Source: Selaginella moellendorffii
Taxonomy: Eukaryota; Plantae; Lycopodiophyta
DNA length: 64,000 nt
Assembly (NCBI RefSeq): GCF_000143415.4
Contig: NW_003314280.1
Location: 620,001 to 684,000 of the forward strand
Reading direction: 5' to 3'
Below the pieces are notes generated by a model that saw only the letters and a list, made by a program, of their open reading frames with translations, was not told the DNA's origin and ran no database searches. Below, piece by piece: positions 10,100 to 21,454 of the stretch (position 1 is the first letter of the stretch; each line of letters begins with the position of its first letter). Position numbers and translations under genes: made by a program.

Positions 10100-13000
10100 G
10101 GTATAATTTGTGGAGATATGTTCTTAAGAAAAATCAAAATTATATTTTGTTTTAGAATTAATTTGTGTGGTGGTAGTATGATGGGGTGATTGAATTTAAG
10201 AATTCAATTGGGAACTCTTCAGGGTGATCTGAGTTAACTGTGTCAATGCTTAAGTAAACATATGGATCACCTGGTAATCTTCTAACAATATCATTATTTA
10301 TTTTGAATATGTCGTCATTGAGTGGGGTGAGAATAACCTTTGATACAGCTATGTAAGTTTTTATAATGTCATTAATATTTAGGAAAATAAAGTTTACAAT
10401 AAGTGTAGAGATAGATAGTGCATGTGGTATTTGGATAATATTTGGTGGGAGACATGGCAACTTCAAACTACTATCACCATTGCCAAGTTTGAGAAGCTAT
10501 TCAGAAAAACAAAGATTGCTTAAACACATGCTTTTTTATTAGTGTTAGTGTTGTAAAGAATGACTATAGTCTATTCATTTTAACTAAGCTTGAAATAATA
10601 GAAGTTCTATAGCCATGGGGAAGAATAGGAAGGGTTTAACGAAAGTCACCATTTGTAATCACTATAACACTTTCAAATGGTTTAAAATTACATTTGAAAT
10701 ACTTAAAATATTTATCAACTGCAAGAAAGCACCATATTAATTTCATCCCATATGAAAACATTTGTTTGTTTAATGGTTTTTCTAGCAACACTATTAATTG
10801 TTAAAACAGAAATAGAAGTTTTATTTAAAGGAATAAGAAGTTTAAAAATTGTATGTGCCGTTTGACTATATTTTAGCAAAATACTTGCAATCCCAGTCCA
10901 TGCCATATTGATTACTTTTATTTTTTTTAATTGTAATGCTGTAATTGATAGTATTAAGTAGAAAAGTTTTCCTAGTACCACCAGGTCCATCAATAAAAAA
11001 ACATTGATGCTGATTTGTATCAATGGCATTCATAATGAGGTAAAAAATATAACATTGTTCATAACTAAATTGATTTTGTTTGTATTGATTTGGTTTTATA
11101 ATGGATCAAGGATTTGTGTATTAAGTATGTGTTTGATAATAGGAGTAATAGCTGGGAGTGGTAAACCAAAATCTTAATTAGATTTATTGTGTAGTTGGAA
11201 TTTTGAATTAATATTGAGTAAAGCAATATCAAAATAGTTTATATCATTTGTAACATAATCCTCAAAAATATCAATTTTGAATTGATCCCATAATAAATTT
11301 GGATCTCTTTGTGAATAATACAAACAAACAAAAATAAATAACTATTTTAATTGGGATGGCATTTTAAAAGTAGGAACTTCTTGTATGCAATGTTGTCATT
11401 CTGAATCATTTACCAAAAATCCCATTGCCATAACTGCTTGTTTAAAAAAGGAGAAAATAACACATTTGATAATATACATATCTTCAAATGATATAGCACC
11501 TTTTTTATAGAGCAATATAAGCTACAAATGGTACAACTCACTATTAAAAAGAGATATGGAATACATTCTTGGTATGAGTTTAACTTTTCATTAGCGTAAT
11601 TGCCATTTATGAGAGGATTTATTATATGTGTAGTACAATAGAATTTGAGTATATGTATATTGCTTTGCATTATTATCTTGCATGTTTAAATTGAACCATT
11701 GTGCAAGCATTGTTTCATTTTAAGTGGCTTTTTCTAGTGCTCTTTGTTCATGACTTAATATGAAATAAACATTTTAAAAATTAGGTAAATGAACTAGAAG
11801 GTATATAATAGTTAATGATTTATCATGCATACAAAACTTAAATATATGCTATATGGCTTTGAAAGCAAAAATATATTGAGCATCAATAAAATTTGAGATT
11901 TTGTCCCAATTTAAAGTCCCTCATTTTTCAGATGCAATTAAGAATTCTAATGTTGCACAATTATAACCTTTGTGTACATATTGAAATAAATATTTAATAC
12001 TTTTAATAAAAGCACAGATTTTTACATTGATATGTGATTTATATTTCTTACAAATGTATTTATTATAAAGAATAATCCATCTATTCTCAATAGTACAACC
12101 ATTTTTTATAAAAGTGATTCCATTATCAGGTTAGTAGTAATCAGGATAACCATCAACACAATAAATGGTTTCAACATTAAATTCTTTTGGATAATTCTTA
12201 GAGCATTTGTTATTTTTTATGCAAGGGCTTCTAGGATTTAAATAACCACATGGACCATGTATCATATGATTTATAATTATGTTATGCAATTTTAGTTTTA
12301 GTAGTGGATGTGGCAGCTGTGCAATCTCAAATTCATCAACTGAGTTATGGTTTCTTATCTTGTCTTCACTTGATAACATTACTAATAAATGACAATGAAA
12401 CAAACCTCTTTTCTAGAATTCAATAACATAAACATATATAATGCACTTCCCAAAAATTCCTTTAATACTTATATCATGTAGGAATTCTTTAAGTTTCAAG
12501 TTGAAAACTCTTGAAATAAGATCAAGTTGATCTTGAAGTGATTTATTTGGTTATAAGTTTTGCACAATTTCAGGCCACTTTAGGTTGTATGTAAATGTAA
12601 TAAATAAGTCAAGTTTTCCAAAATATGTGACAATAACAATAGCATCTTGACAATATTGTTGCATTACTCGTGGGCTACTAAGAAATGTAGAAGGCAAAAT
12701 TATAGCTCTTTTAGTTTCAGTGTTATTAGTAGCGGCTCTGTTACTAACATAATCCATAAAACCTGTGTAATAATCCACTTTTAAGTGTTTTTGATGAGTG
12801 CAAAAAAAATTAAAGTTGTTAGATTCAACCTTTACATAAGCATTAATCATAAATTGTTAAATGAGCTTCCCAACATATAGCAATTGATCATAAAGGAAAG
12901 AGTTGCCAATGCTATCTCGTTGAGATAATTTATATGCATAGTATTGGAGTAGCATTACATGCAACTCATTGTGGTAAATTTTTTCATACCAACCTTTATC

Positions 13001-13720
13001 ACCAAATAGTAAAAGTAAAGGATAAATTATAAGATCACAATTTTCATTAAGAATAAAAAGTTGTTTTATGGATGTATGCATATTTCTCTATTAAGAGATG
13101 GCTCACCTTCATCAATAGCAAAAACAACAATAACATCATTAATCTATGGCAAGTTATAACAATGTAAATTAGTACCTTCACTTCTAACAATCATGTAAAT
13201 ACCATGCTTCAGAGTTCTATTACAAATTAAGTGATGTTGTTCTTGTAGTTCAAGATTATACATCATTTGAAAAGCTTGTGCATATGGGTTTATTATTCTT
13301 AACAAATGATCTAACTATAATAACAAATTAGGATCACAATTTATGTTGAATGGGTTTTGCTTTCTAATATTTATAGCCTCAGATGCGTCAAGTATGTAAA
13401 GTTGTCCATATGATGGTGGCATCTTAGTAGCAGGATATGCTAAAGTAATATTGTGATAAATTTGACCATGTATTCTAAAACAATATAAGCCTTTACCACT
13501 TAAATTATCAATATTAACACCCATTGATGCAAAAGCACTATTGAAATTTCTTATGTTAATTTTAAAGTTGGAGGTTTTATTTTCATTAGGTAAAGATGAA
13601 AGTTGAGGAAGGGAAATTTTTCCATTCTGGCAACACATTGATCTTGACTCGTTTTCAAAATGTAATGCACCACAAAAGACACATATGGATGACATATTTC
13701 CAATATTAAACATATGTGTT
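10100..13720 (-). mobile_element. Decayed Helitron Rep/PIF1-helicase region (termini not resolved)
   Basis: Collinear broken fragments: CVFCGALHF..MCCQNGKISLP, IHGQIYH..YGQLYILD, ILPSTFLSSPRVMQQ..DLFITFTYN, HUH HCHLLVML..HMIHGPCG, helicase AWTGIASILL, IWDE, ILTPLN, FPIEFLNSITPS. AT-rich with many stops. Confidence 0.92.
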
Positions 13721-15193
13721 GTATGGTCATTATAATTCTTTGATGTACTAATTTATAGACAGTATAACTATGATGATTGCATGCATTTGTATTAGTTTCA
13801 TTAGCATTTTCAATGTCTATATTTGTATGACCTTCATCAGCATGTGCTATATTTGTATTAGTATCGTAAAGATTTTAAGTAATTTTTGCATTAGCATGTT
13901 CAAAGTCTAAATTAGTTTCTTCATTAGCATATGCAAAGTTGTTGTGAATATGAACATATGTGTTAGTATCAATAGTTAGAGGCAACTGGTGATGTATGCC
14001 TTTTAATACTTCATGAAGCCAAGGCATATTTGCTAGGGAGGAATTTTTGTTTGATAAATGAAATGAAATAACCTATCTAGTGCAAATTTAAACATAAGGC
14101 AAAAAGTAGATGCGAGTGATGCATCAATTTAAAGGAAAATCAAAGAACTTATCTTAAAATTTTCAGAGGTTTTAAGTAAAAGCCAAAACTCATGTTCTTA
14201 CACCCGAAAAAAAAATTTAAAAAAAATAATCGAAGACTATATAGTGAGAGCACAATCTATACATGCCTTAAGCTGTAAAAAAAAGAGACTAATCTAACAA
14301 CCAACAAAACCTAGACACAGGACTAGCACACATTTTCTAGGGTGTGGTGAGCGCCCAAAAAGCCTCCCATGCTTTTAAGAATACAATGACACTTGATCCA
14401 TGAGAGGTGGGTGGGGTCGAGAACTCACCTTGGGCTTATTCTCTCTTGTAGAAGGACAGGGATTGCAAACTCTTTGATGGTTATGGCTGTGAAGGCTGGC
14501 TCTGGCGCTAAATGGCATCCACAAACCCAAATGAAGACGTCTCAACACACAAAAATCCAGATTGTTGGGGTTGGGGGCCAAATTAGCAGCTGCCAGCCTG
14601 ATGCTGAACATGAATCTCTGCAGGAAGGAGTGCAATTGCTGCGATTGCCACTGATCTGGCAAGCAAGCGTTAGCTCAATTACGGCAGGGCATCTACGGTG
14701 AGTTAAAAAGAACGGGCATGGAGGCAAGACATCAATAGTGACACATGTTAGATGCCTGTTTTGCCTCACTTGGAGCCAATGAGCACTGGAGCTGTGGTGG
14801 TCTCCCACTAGCCAGTGCAAACATCAGAAAAATTTCTCATGCAACCATGGCTACCAACCCTGGCCCAGGCCTGGGATCCAATGGCCGGCAGCGCTATCAC
14901 TTTATAAATATAAATATAAATAAATAAATATATTTATATTCATCACTTTAATATTCCTTTTTGCTCAAACATTATAATAGTTTAAACACTCAGAAGGCTT
15001 TAAAGTCTCATTTTGATCTTCATCCATCATAAACACTTAATGCTCCCTCTCAAGGTGATCTACCTCATACTAAACCTTGGATTATTTTGCTGTATGTCTA
15101 GTCCCAAAATCTAACTTCCTCTTCTACCTCTGAAACTGTCCCTCCAATCTCTCCAAGAATTTTTATATCCCTTTCAAGATATCTATAATTATG

Positions 15194-15295
15194 CTTTACC
15201 TCTCTAGAACTATCATGGCTTGTTGCCTCTTAATCTATCCTATACTTTACCTCTTTAGAACTATCACGGCTTGTTGCCTCTTGATCGATCCTATA
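15194..15295. repeat. Imperfect tandem duplication of about 50 bp in CpG-poor, TE-like DNA (14300-16450)
   Basis: CTTTACCTCT(C/T)TAGAACTATCA(T/C)GGCTTGTTGCCTCTT..ATCCTATA occurs twice. TGCTCCCTCTCAAGGTG also occurs at 15041 and 15542, and CTAGTGC motifs recur. Confidence 0.7.
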
Positions 15296-16729
15296 GATGC
15301 CTCTCTCTCAATAACACTTCCCAAAGAATCTTCTCACTGTTCTCCTTTAACCCAATCCAGAGCCATAATAGCTCTCTAAACCAGCCACCTGATGCTAACG
15401 CCTCTAGCTAGTGCCTCGCCTCTGAGCTGTGAATAACCAATCCATACCTCTGGACCACACTCACACCTGCCTATGCCTCTGCTCCACAACAAGATCATAA
15501 ACATTTCCTTTTTTGGAAGTCTCATCCTCTAATTGTTACATTGCTCCCTCTCAAGGTGCTCTACCTCAAACTGAGGCCTTGGATAATCTAAACCACTTGA
15601 AGCAAGAGCAAGGATCTCTGGAAGGTAATGCTCTTGTGTGGAGTTATAAGCCACTCTCTAAACTAGCCGTCCACAGGTTCTCTCTTCTAGCCAGCACCTT
15701 TAGACCCTACCTAAGAATCACAATGCCTCTAGCTAGTGCTTATCATCACCTTAATCCAGCACACCTAGAGCTAGTGCCCTCTAGGTGCCTCTCCTAGCAC
15801 TCAGCACCTCCACCCAACACCCAGCTTTGGTGCCATGCTGCCTCATCTCGCCCTGAGCAACTCACCAGCCGCACTCCAATAGTGTCTAGTGCTCGGCCTG
15901 GCTTGTTGCATTGATTGATGGATCAATCACGATGCATAGAGGGAGAATGGAAAGATGGGGCCCCAGGCTCTGAGTAGCCAACCCGAAATTCCAATGCAAG
16001 AGGAGCGATTAGAAAATCGCAGGGCTACAACGCCCATGCATCGCCTCAGCTTGCCAACAGCGTCTACAGCCTCTAGTGCCTTTGCCAGTGTCTAGTGCTC
16101 TACCTAGTGCCTCAGGACACTGTCTAGCACCTCTACTAACACAAGCCTCTACCCTTGAGCTCCACACCACACATAGCACATAACACCACCTATCTCAACA
16201 TTTACCACCTTTGCCCTGACCTGGGCCTTAATGTAGCCATAGCCAAGAACTTCCTTTGCAGCCACAATTCTGTGACTCGCTCTCTTTGCCAACTTCCTTG
16301 CTAATCCACCTTTGACTAGCCACTTTGCTAGTGAGAGCCATCATCCCAGGATCTAAAGTCTGAATAGTGACAATAGATGAGCAAAGGATATTTCTCTGAT
16401 ATATCAAACAACAAAAAAAACAAGAAGAATAGTTGAGCTCCAACTCTTCCTGGGCAGCAGGTTGCAAACGGCCAGCTCCCTCCTCAGGATAAGCCCTAAA
16501 CCCTAGCCCTAGAACGTAAAGATTTTCTTGACTGTGATGTACTGTGATGAAACACAGCCTTTTGGGATCACATAGCCTGGAAGAGAGAGAACACCATGAT
16601 GTAATCTCAAAAAGTAGGAAGATTACATTCTACGTCCTTGAGTGCCTTTGGCATCACTCCTTGAGCCAAGCCGGACGAAAACCTGCGGTCAAACAATGCG
16701 TAGAAACAAAGTTTATCTGTCTAAAGTCT

Positions 16730-17440
16730 TGGCATACACTGCCGGAGAAGGACTGTGTAAGCTCTCCTTCCTAGCTGGAGTATATAGCGTGAATGGATAG
16801 ATACCATCTGTGTGGTTGGCCACAACGCAGCTGCCGCAGATGAGCTCAACATGCGAAACTTTCTTGTGGAAACCGATCTCAGAAGTGTAATGCTTGTTTT
16901 CTCCCTTCATTTTTGAAACGAACAGGGAGCGAGTGGAACAGGGAGGATGTCGGGACGTGATCCTCCTAGCCAGCCTAAATCCCTAGGCCATGAAAGGGAA
17001 TATTTCTGTTTTTTGCTACACAGGCCGAAATTACCAAGGCTGATCAAGGTTGGCATGCGGGAAGCTCCAGACTAGGGAAGTTAACGTATGGAAAGGTTTG
17101 CTTTTATGACTGCCGAAGCTTGTTTCTATCTCGCGGCTCGTCCATGGTGATGCATGCCGACAAGCCCTGGAAGTCGACCCGGGGGTGGTGGTCTCTCTCG
17201 TCGGCTTCTACGGAAAGTGTGGTAGCATGGCCTCTGACGCGAGCTCGCTGCTCGAGTGGTGGCCTGGAGCGTGCTCTTGACGTCCAGGTGATAGCAAACT
17301 GGTGCTCAAATGTTCACGGAATGGTTCTTGCAGCTCTCAGCAGTGGTGCTCGTCGATCAAGGCCGGGGGATCTTCCAGGCGATGGAGCGCCGCCTGGGGA
17401 TGGACCATACCTTGAGCCAGGTGGAGGGGGTGGAGGTTAC
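16730..17440 (+). pseudogene. Heavily deleted PPR relic
   Basis: Fragments LPEKDCVS, RLVHGDACRQALEVDPGVVVSLVGFYGKCGSMA (about 17135-17235) and LVDQGRGIFQAMERRLGMDHTL. Confidence 0.7.
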
Positions 17441-17660
17441 TAGGAGGATGTCGGGACGTGATCCCAAAACGGAGAAAGCAACCAGAAGATCCAAACCGTT
17501 TGATCACACCATGCGAATTACTTCAACTCTCATTCGGGGCTTTATACTTTTCTCAGATAAGCGCTGCATCTCAATACCAGTAGAGACTGGAACAAAGTCA
17601 TGCTGTTTTCCAACGCTCAACAATTCCCTTGGCGATAAGATTGATCCATTGGGAGCAGTT

Positions 17661-19096
17661 TCACAACACACTCCGCATCTCAGATATGAACGCACCCAGT
17701 TTTGCAAGCCCTTCCTTCGGGGAGCTACTTTCACCCAAGAGCTTCACAGCTGCGCTACCAACAATTACACCGTCCGCTCCCCATTTAGCAATCTGTTCCA
17801 AAAGAGCACGCTATAACAAAGTATGTGGTATGGTTTGCTTACTTGAGCTGCTTGTTCGGGCGTCGAAACACCAAATCCAACAGCTATCGGCTTCGTCGTC
17901 ACCTGAAAAGTTGAAAGTTTATTATGACTGGAGAAAACCAAATCAGCAGTATACCTGCTTGAGGTCTTTAAGAAGCTCCTCGACTCGGATACTGAGAGAA
18001 GCCCTTGCCCCTGTCACACCGGTCAAGCTCACCTACGGAAAGATATCAGATCTACTGCGATAGTTAAAGACCAAGAACTCACAAGATACACAAAACCCTG
18101 TGATGATTTGGCTATTTCTTCCATTCTTTCCCTCGGTGTGGTCGGCGTGGTTAGCAGCACCTAGAAAGATCAACCGAGAGTTAAGAACAAAAACTATCCA
18201 AAAGAGGTGGGCTCTTCAATGACACTTCAACTGAGAGCACTGGTACCTGATGCTTACAAGCTCAATATCTTGTGCCGCTGTCTTCTCTCTCAGAGCTTGA
18301 GTTTCTTCCAAAGGTACATCGGGGACAACCAAGCCTAAATTCCAGATTTCGTAAGCTTTGGCAAGAGAAAAAAAGCATCACTCACCAGAAACACCAGCCT
18401 CTTTGATTGAGGCCACAAAGTTGTCAATCCCGCGCTTGAGGATTGGATTGAAATAAGTGAAGAGCACCAGCGGCGCAGACAAAGTTGGTGCTACCTGTTA
18501 TAAAAAAAAAACTCGTTGTAAAAGAAAACCTGTTATATAAGAAAAATAGAAACTTTGGAGACATTTACCTCATGAACCATGCTAAGAACGTTTTCCAGCG
18601 TCGTACCATTCCTGAGAGCCTTTGTGGCAGCAGCCTGAAAGATTGAAAACAAACAAACAAAAAAAATATCCAAAGAAAGTTGGATCAGGAAGAATAAAAC
18701 AAAGATGCAAAAAAAATTTAAAAAATTCTTACTTGAATCACTGGTCCATCGGCTAAAGGATCCGAGTAAGGAACGCCCAGCTCAATAATATCCGCGCCTC
18801 GAGCATCCAGAAGCTTCAAAGCATCAGCCGTGGTCTCCAAGTTGGGATCGCCAGCAGTGATATACGGGATCAAAGCAATCTACAGCTTCACATTTTGTAT
18901 CAATCACAAAAAGGAGAGGATGGATCCTCACCTTCTTCAATTCGCGAAGCTGGGCAAACTTGGCGCTGACTCCCTTTCCAGTCACCACTGGAGTGCCGAC
19001 GGCCGCCACGGCGAAAACCCGAGCACGTCCACTGCTAGATCTGATGAAGGGCGCACTGCTCATCCCCACAGAGTGCGCGCCCTGTAGAGCCGCCAT
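17661..19096 (-). CDS. TSA: Tryptophan synthase alpha chain, plastid-targeted, multi-exon
   Basis: Exons give [74 protein letters not shown], ending EMRSVL*. N-terminal transit peptide. Confidence 0.96.
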
Positions 19097-19181
19097 GGAA
19101 GAAAACCCCTCAAGAACCCTAAATGTCTGTGGGCATTTTCCCGCCCAAACTTTTAAAATGCAATGGAGAGCTAGGGTTCCA

Positions 19182-21365
19182 TCAATCGATGGTGAGCTCG
19201 TTGATATTGGCCAGAGTCACATAGGGCGCGGATTTCTCCGGCTCCAGGGCATAGATGTGCTCCGCCGCGCGGGTGCCCAGCCCGGCATCCACATGAATCC
19301 ACGACGCCGTCAGCAAATTCCCCCAGCTGATCCTCCCCGGCGCCACCGGCATCGAATCCACCAGGCCCTCGGCGTCCCCGAGCTCCCCAGCCCGGCCCAG
19401 CGCATCGATCATCGCCGTGTAGTGCCCCAGCGACGGATGATCCAGCCCAAAGTCGCGGGAGATCGCGGCGAAACATTCGTGCGCCTGCGCGATGGATCCA
19501 ACCGCGCCGTGCGCCAGCAGCATCGTCGTCAGCGCGCTCTCGTCCGCCCGGATCCCGTGGAGCAGCATCTCGCGGAAGAGATCGATGGCGTCGCGGTGGT
19601 GGCCGTGATGGGCGAAGCCCGCGAGCATCACGCTCCAGAGGATTGGGTCGGGGATCCAGCGCGCCTGGCGGAACATCGTCGCGGCCTCGCGGATCTTGCC
19701 ATTGCGCGTGTACGCCGCCATCAAGCTGGTCCACAGCACAAGATCCGGCTCGTGTATTCGATCAAACAGGCGCTGGGCCTCCTGGAGCTCGCCATTGTCG
19801 GCGAATCCACACACCACGATCGTCCACACTGTCACGTCCCACTCGGGCATTCGATCCAGCACAGCTTTCGCCGCGGCGGCCTCTCCCCAGCGCGCGTAGG
19901 CGGCAACCATTGCGGTCCATGACACGATCGAGTGGAGCTCGCGCTTGGAATCGAAGAGGGCTTTCGCCGGATCGAGATGCCCACTTCGCGCATACGCCTG
20001 GAACATCGTGCTCCACGCGCCGGATCGAGACGAGACTGGGGTCTCATCGAAGACGAGCCGGGCTCCGGCAAGATCCCCATTGCGAGCAAATGCCGCGATC
20101 ATCACGTTCCTCGAAGGGAGATCGCTGCTGGGCATGAAAGCAAAGATTCGAGACGATGAATCCAGATTTCCGCTCGCAGCGTAGCCCTGGCAGAGAACGC
20201 TCCACGCGATTGGATCGGTCTCGGGCATTCGATCGATCACCCGGTGCGCAAAATCAACATGCCCAGAGAGAGCAAATGCGGTAGCGAGGGCAGTCCACGA
20301 GACATCGTTCTTCTCCGGCATGGATTGATCGAAGAACTCCTTGCAGGAATTTAGTCTTCCAGTTTGCGAGTACGCCGACAGCATCGCATTGCAAGCGACA
20401 GTGTCGATCTCCGGCATCGCATCAAACACGCTCTTCGAATCCTCCAGATGCCCTCTCTGGGCAAGGGCGTCGATCACTGCGGTTCCCGCGACGATCGAGT
20501 GGTGTGGCATCTTTTGGAATATTTCCCGGATCTCCGGAACATAGCCCGCCTTGGAGAAGGCGGCGACGATGAAGTTCCAGGTCACAGAGTTCTTCCCCAA
20601 CGCAAGATCAAACAGTCTCTTGGATTCCTGGAGCTGCCCGAGCTGCCCAGCTCCCGTGATCATCAGATTCCAGGAATTCAAGTCCCGGGTCGGCATGAGA
20701 TCGAAGATCTTCCTCGCGGCGTCGAGATCCCTGTGCTGGATGTGGATTTTGCAGGCGGCATTGCAAGCGATGGCGTCCCACTCCGGCATCCGGCGGAAGA
20801 ATTCCAGCGCCAGCGACAGATCAAAGACATGATCTTGTTTTTGTTCCCAGGAATTCTGTCCCAGGGCCGTGACCATCGTGATCCAAGACACAGCGCTCCT
20901 CTCTGGCATCGTTTCAAAGTAATGCTTCGCTCTTTCAAGATGCCCAGTTTGGGCATTCACTGCGATTACGGTGTTCCAGGAGATTGTGGCTCTCTGCGGC
21001 ATTCGAACAAACAAGTCTCGCGCGTGATCGCAATCCAATGCTCTTGCGTAGGCACTGCAAAGGGAATTCCAGGTCACTACATTTCTCTGCGGCGCCCCAT
21101 CGAAGAGTTCTTTGGCTTGCAGTGGATGCGCGGCTGTGGCATATGCCGCGATCATCGTGTTCCACGAGTAGATGTCCGGCAATGCGATTGCGTCGAAGGA
21201 TCTCCGTGCCAGATCGAGGCTGCCGCATTTGTTGTACATGTTGAGCGCGAGATTGGCAAGGTAGACGCTGCGCCGGTGCTTGCTCTCGAGGATCGCGCTG
21301 TGGATCTGTGATCCCTGGGCTAGATCCCGGCAGTGCAGAAGCGCCCGGGCGAAATCCCCAAACAT
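19182..21365 (-). CDS. PLS-class PPR protein with a long run of short (S/SS-type) motifs and a truncated E domain, no DYW
   Basis: Intact intronless ORF from the first ATG at 21365; tandem ~31-aa repeats of the FxxMPxxxxxSW type; HYTAMIDALGRAG; APYVTLAN. Confidence 0.92.
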   Translation of the reverse strand: MFGDFARALLHCRDLAQGSQIHSAILESKHRRSVYLANLALNMYNKCGSLDLARRSFDAIALPDIYSWNTMIAAYATAAHPLQAKELFDGAPQRNVVTWNSLCSAYARALDCDHARDLFVRMPQRATISWNTVIAVNAQTGHLERAKHYFETMPERSAVSWITMVTALGQNSWEQKQDHVFDLSLALEFFRRMPEWDAIACNAACKIHIQHRDLDAARKIFDLMPTRDLNSWNLMITGAGQLGQLQESKRLFDLALGKNSVTWNFIVAAFSKAGYVPEIREIFQKMPHHSIVAGTAVIDALAQRGHLEDSKSVFDAMPEIDTVACNAMLSAYSQTGRLNSCKEFFDQSMPEKNDVSWTALATAFALSGHVDFAHRVIDRMPETDPIAWSVLCQGYAASGNLDSSSRIFAFMPSSDLPSRNVMIAAFARNGDLAGARLVFDETPVSSRSGAWSTMFQAYARSGHLDPAKALFDSKRELHSIVSWTAMVAAYARWGEAAAAKAVLDRMPEWDVTVWTIVVCGFADNGELQEAQRLFDRIHEPDLVLWTSLMAAYTRNGKIREAATMFRQARWIPDPILWSVMLAGFAHHGHHRDAIDLFREMLLHGIRADESALTTMLLAHGAVGSIAQAHECFAAISRDFGLDHPSLGHYTAMIDALGRAGELGDAEGLVDSMPVAPGRISWGNLLTASWIHVDAGLGTRAAEHIYALEPEKSAPYVTLANINELTID

Positions 21366-21454
21366 GGGAGGAGGATGGATCAATGCGGCTCCACATCGAG
21401 ATTTGAGTGGGAGAATCGCGAGCTAGGGATAGGGTTTTTGCGAGTGAGGGAGGT

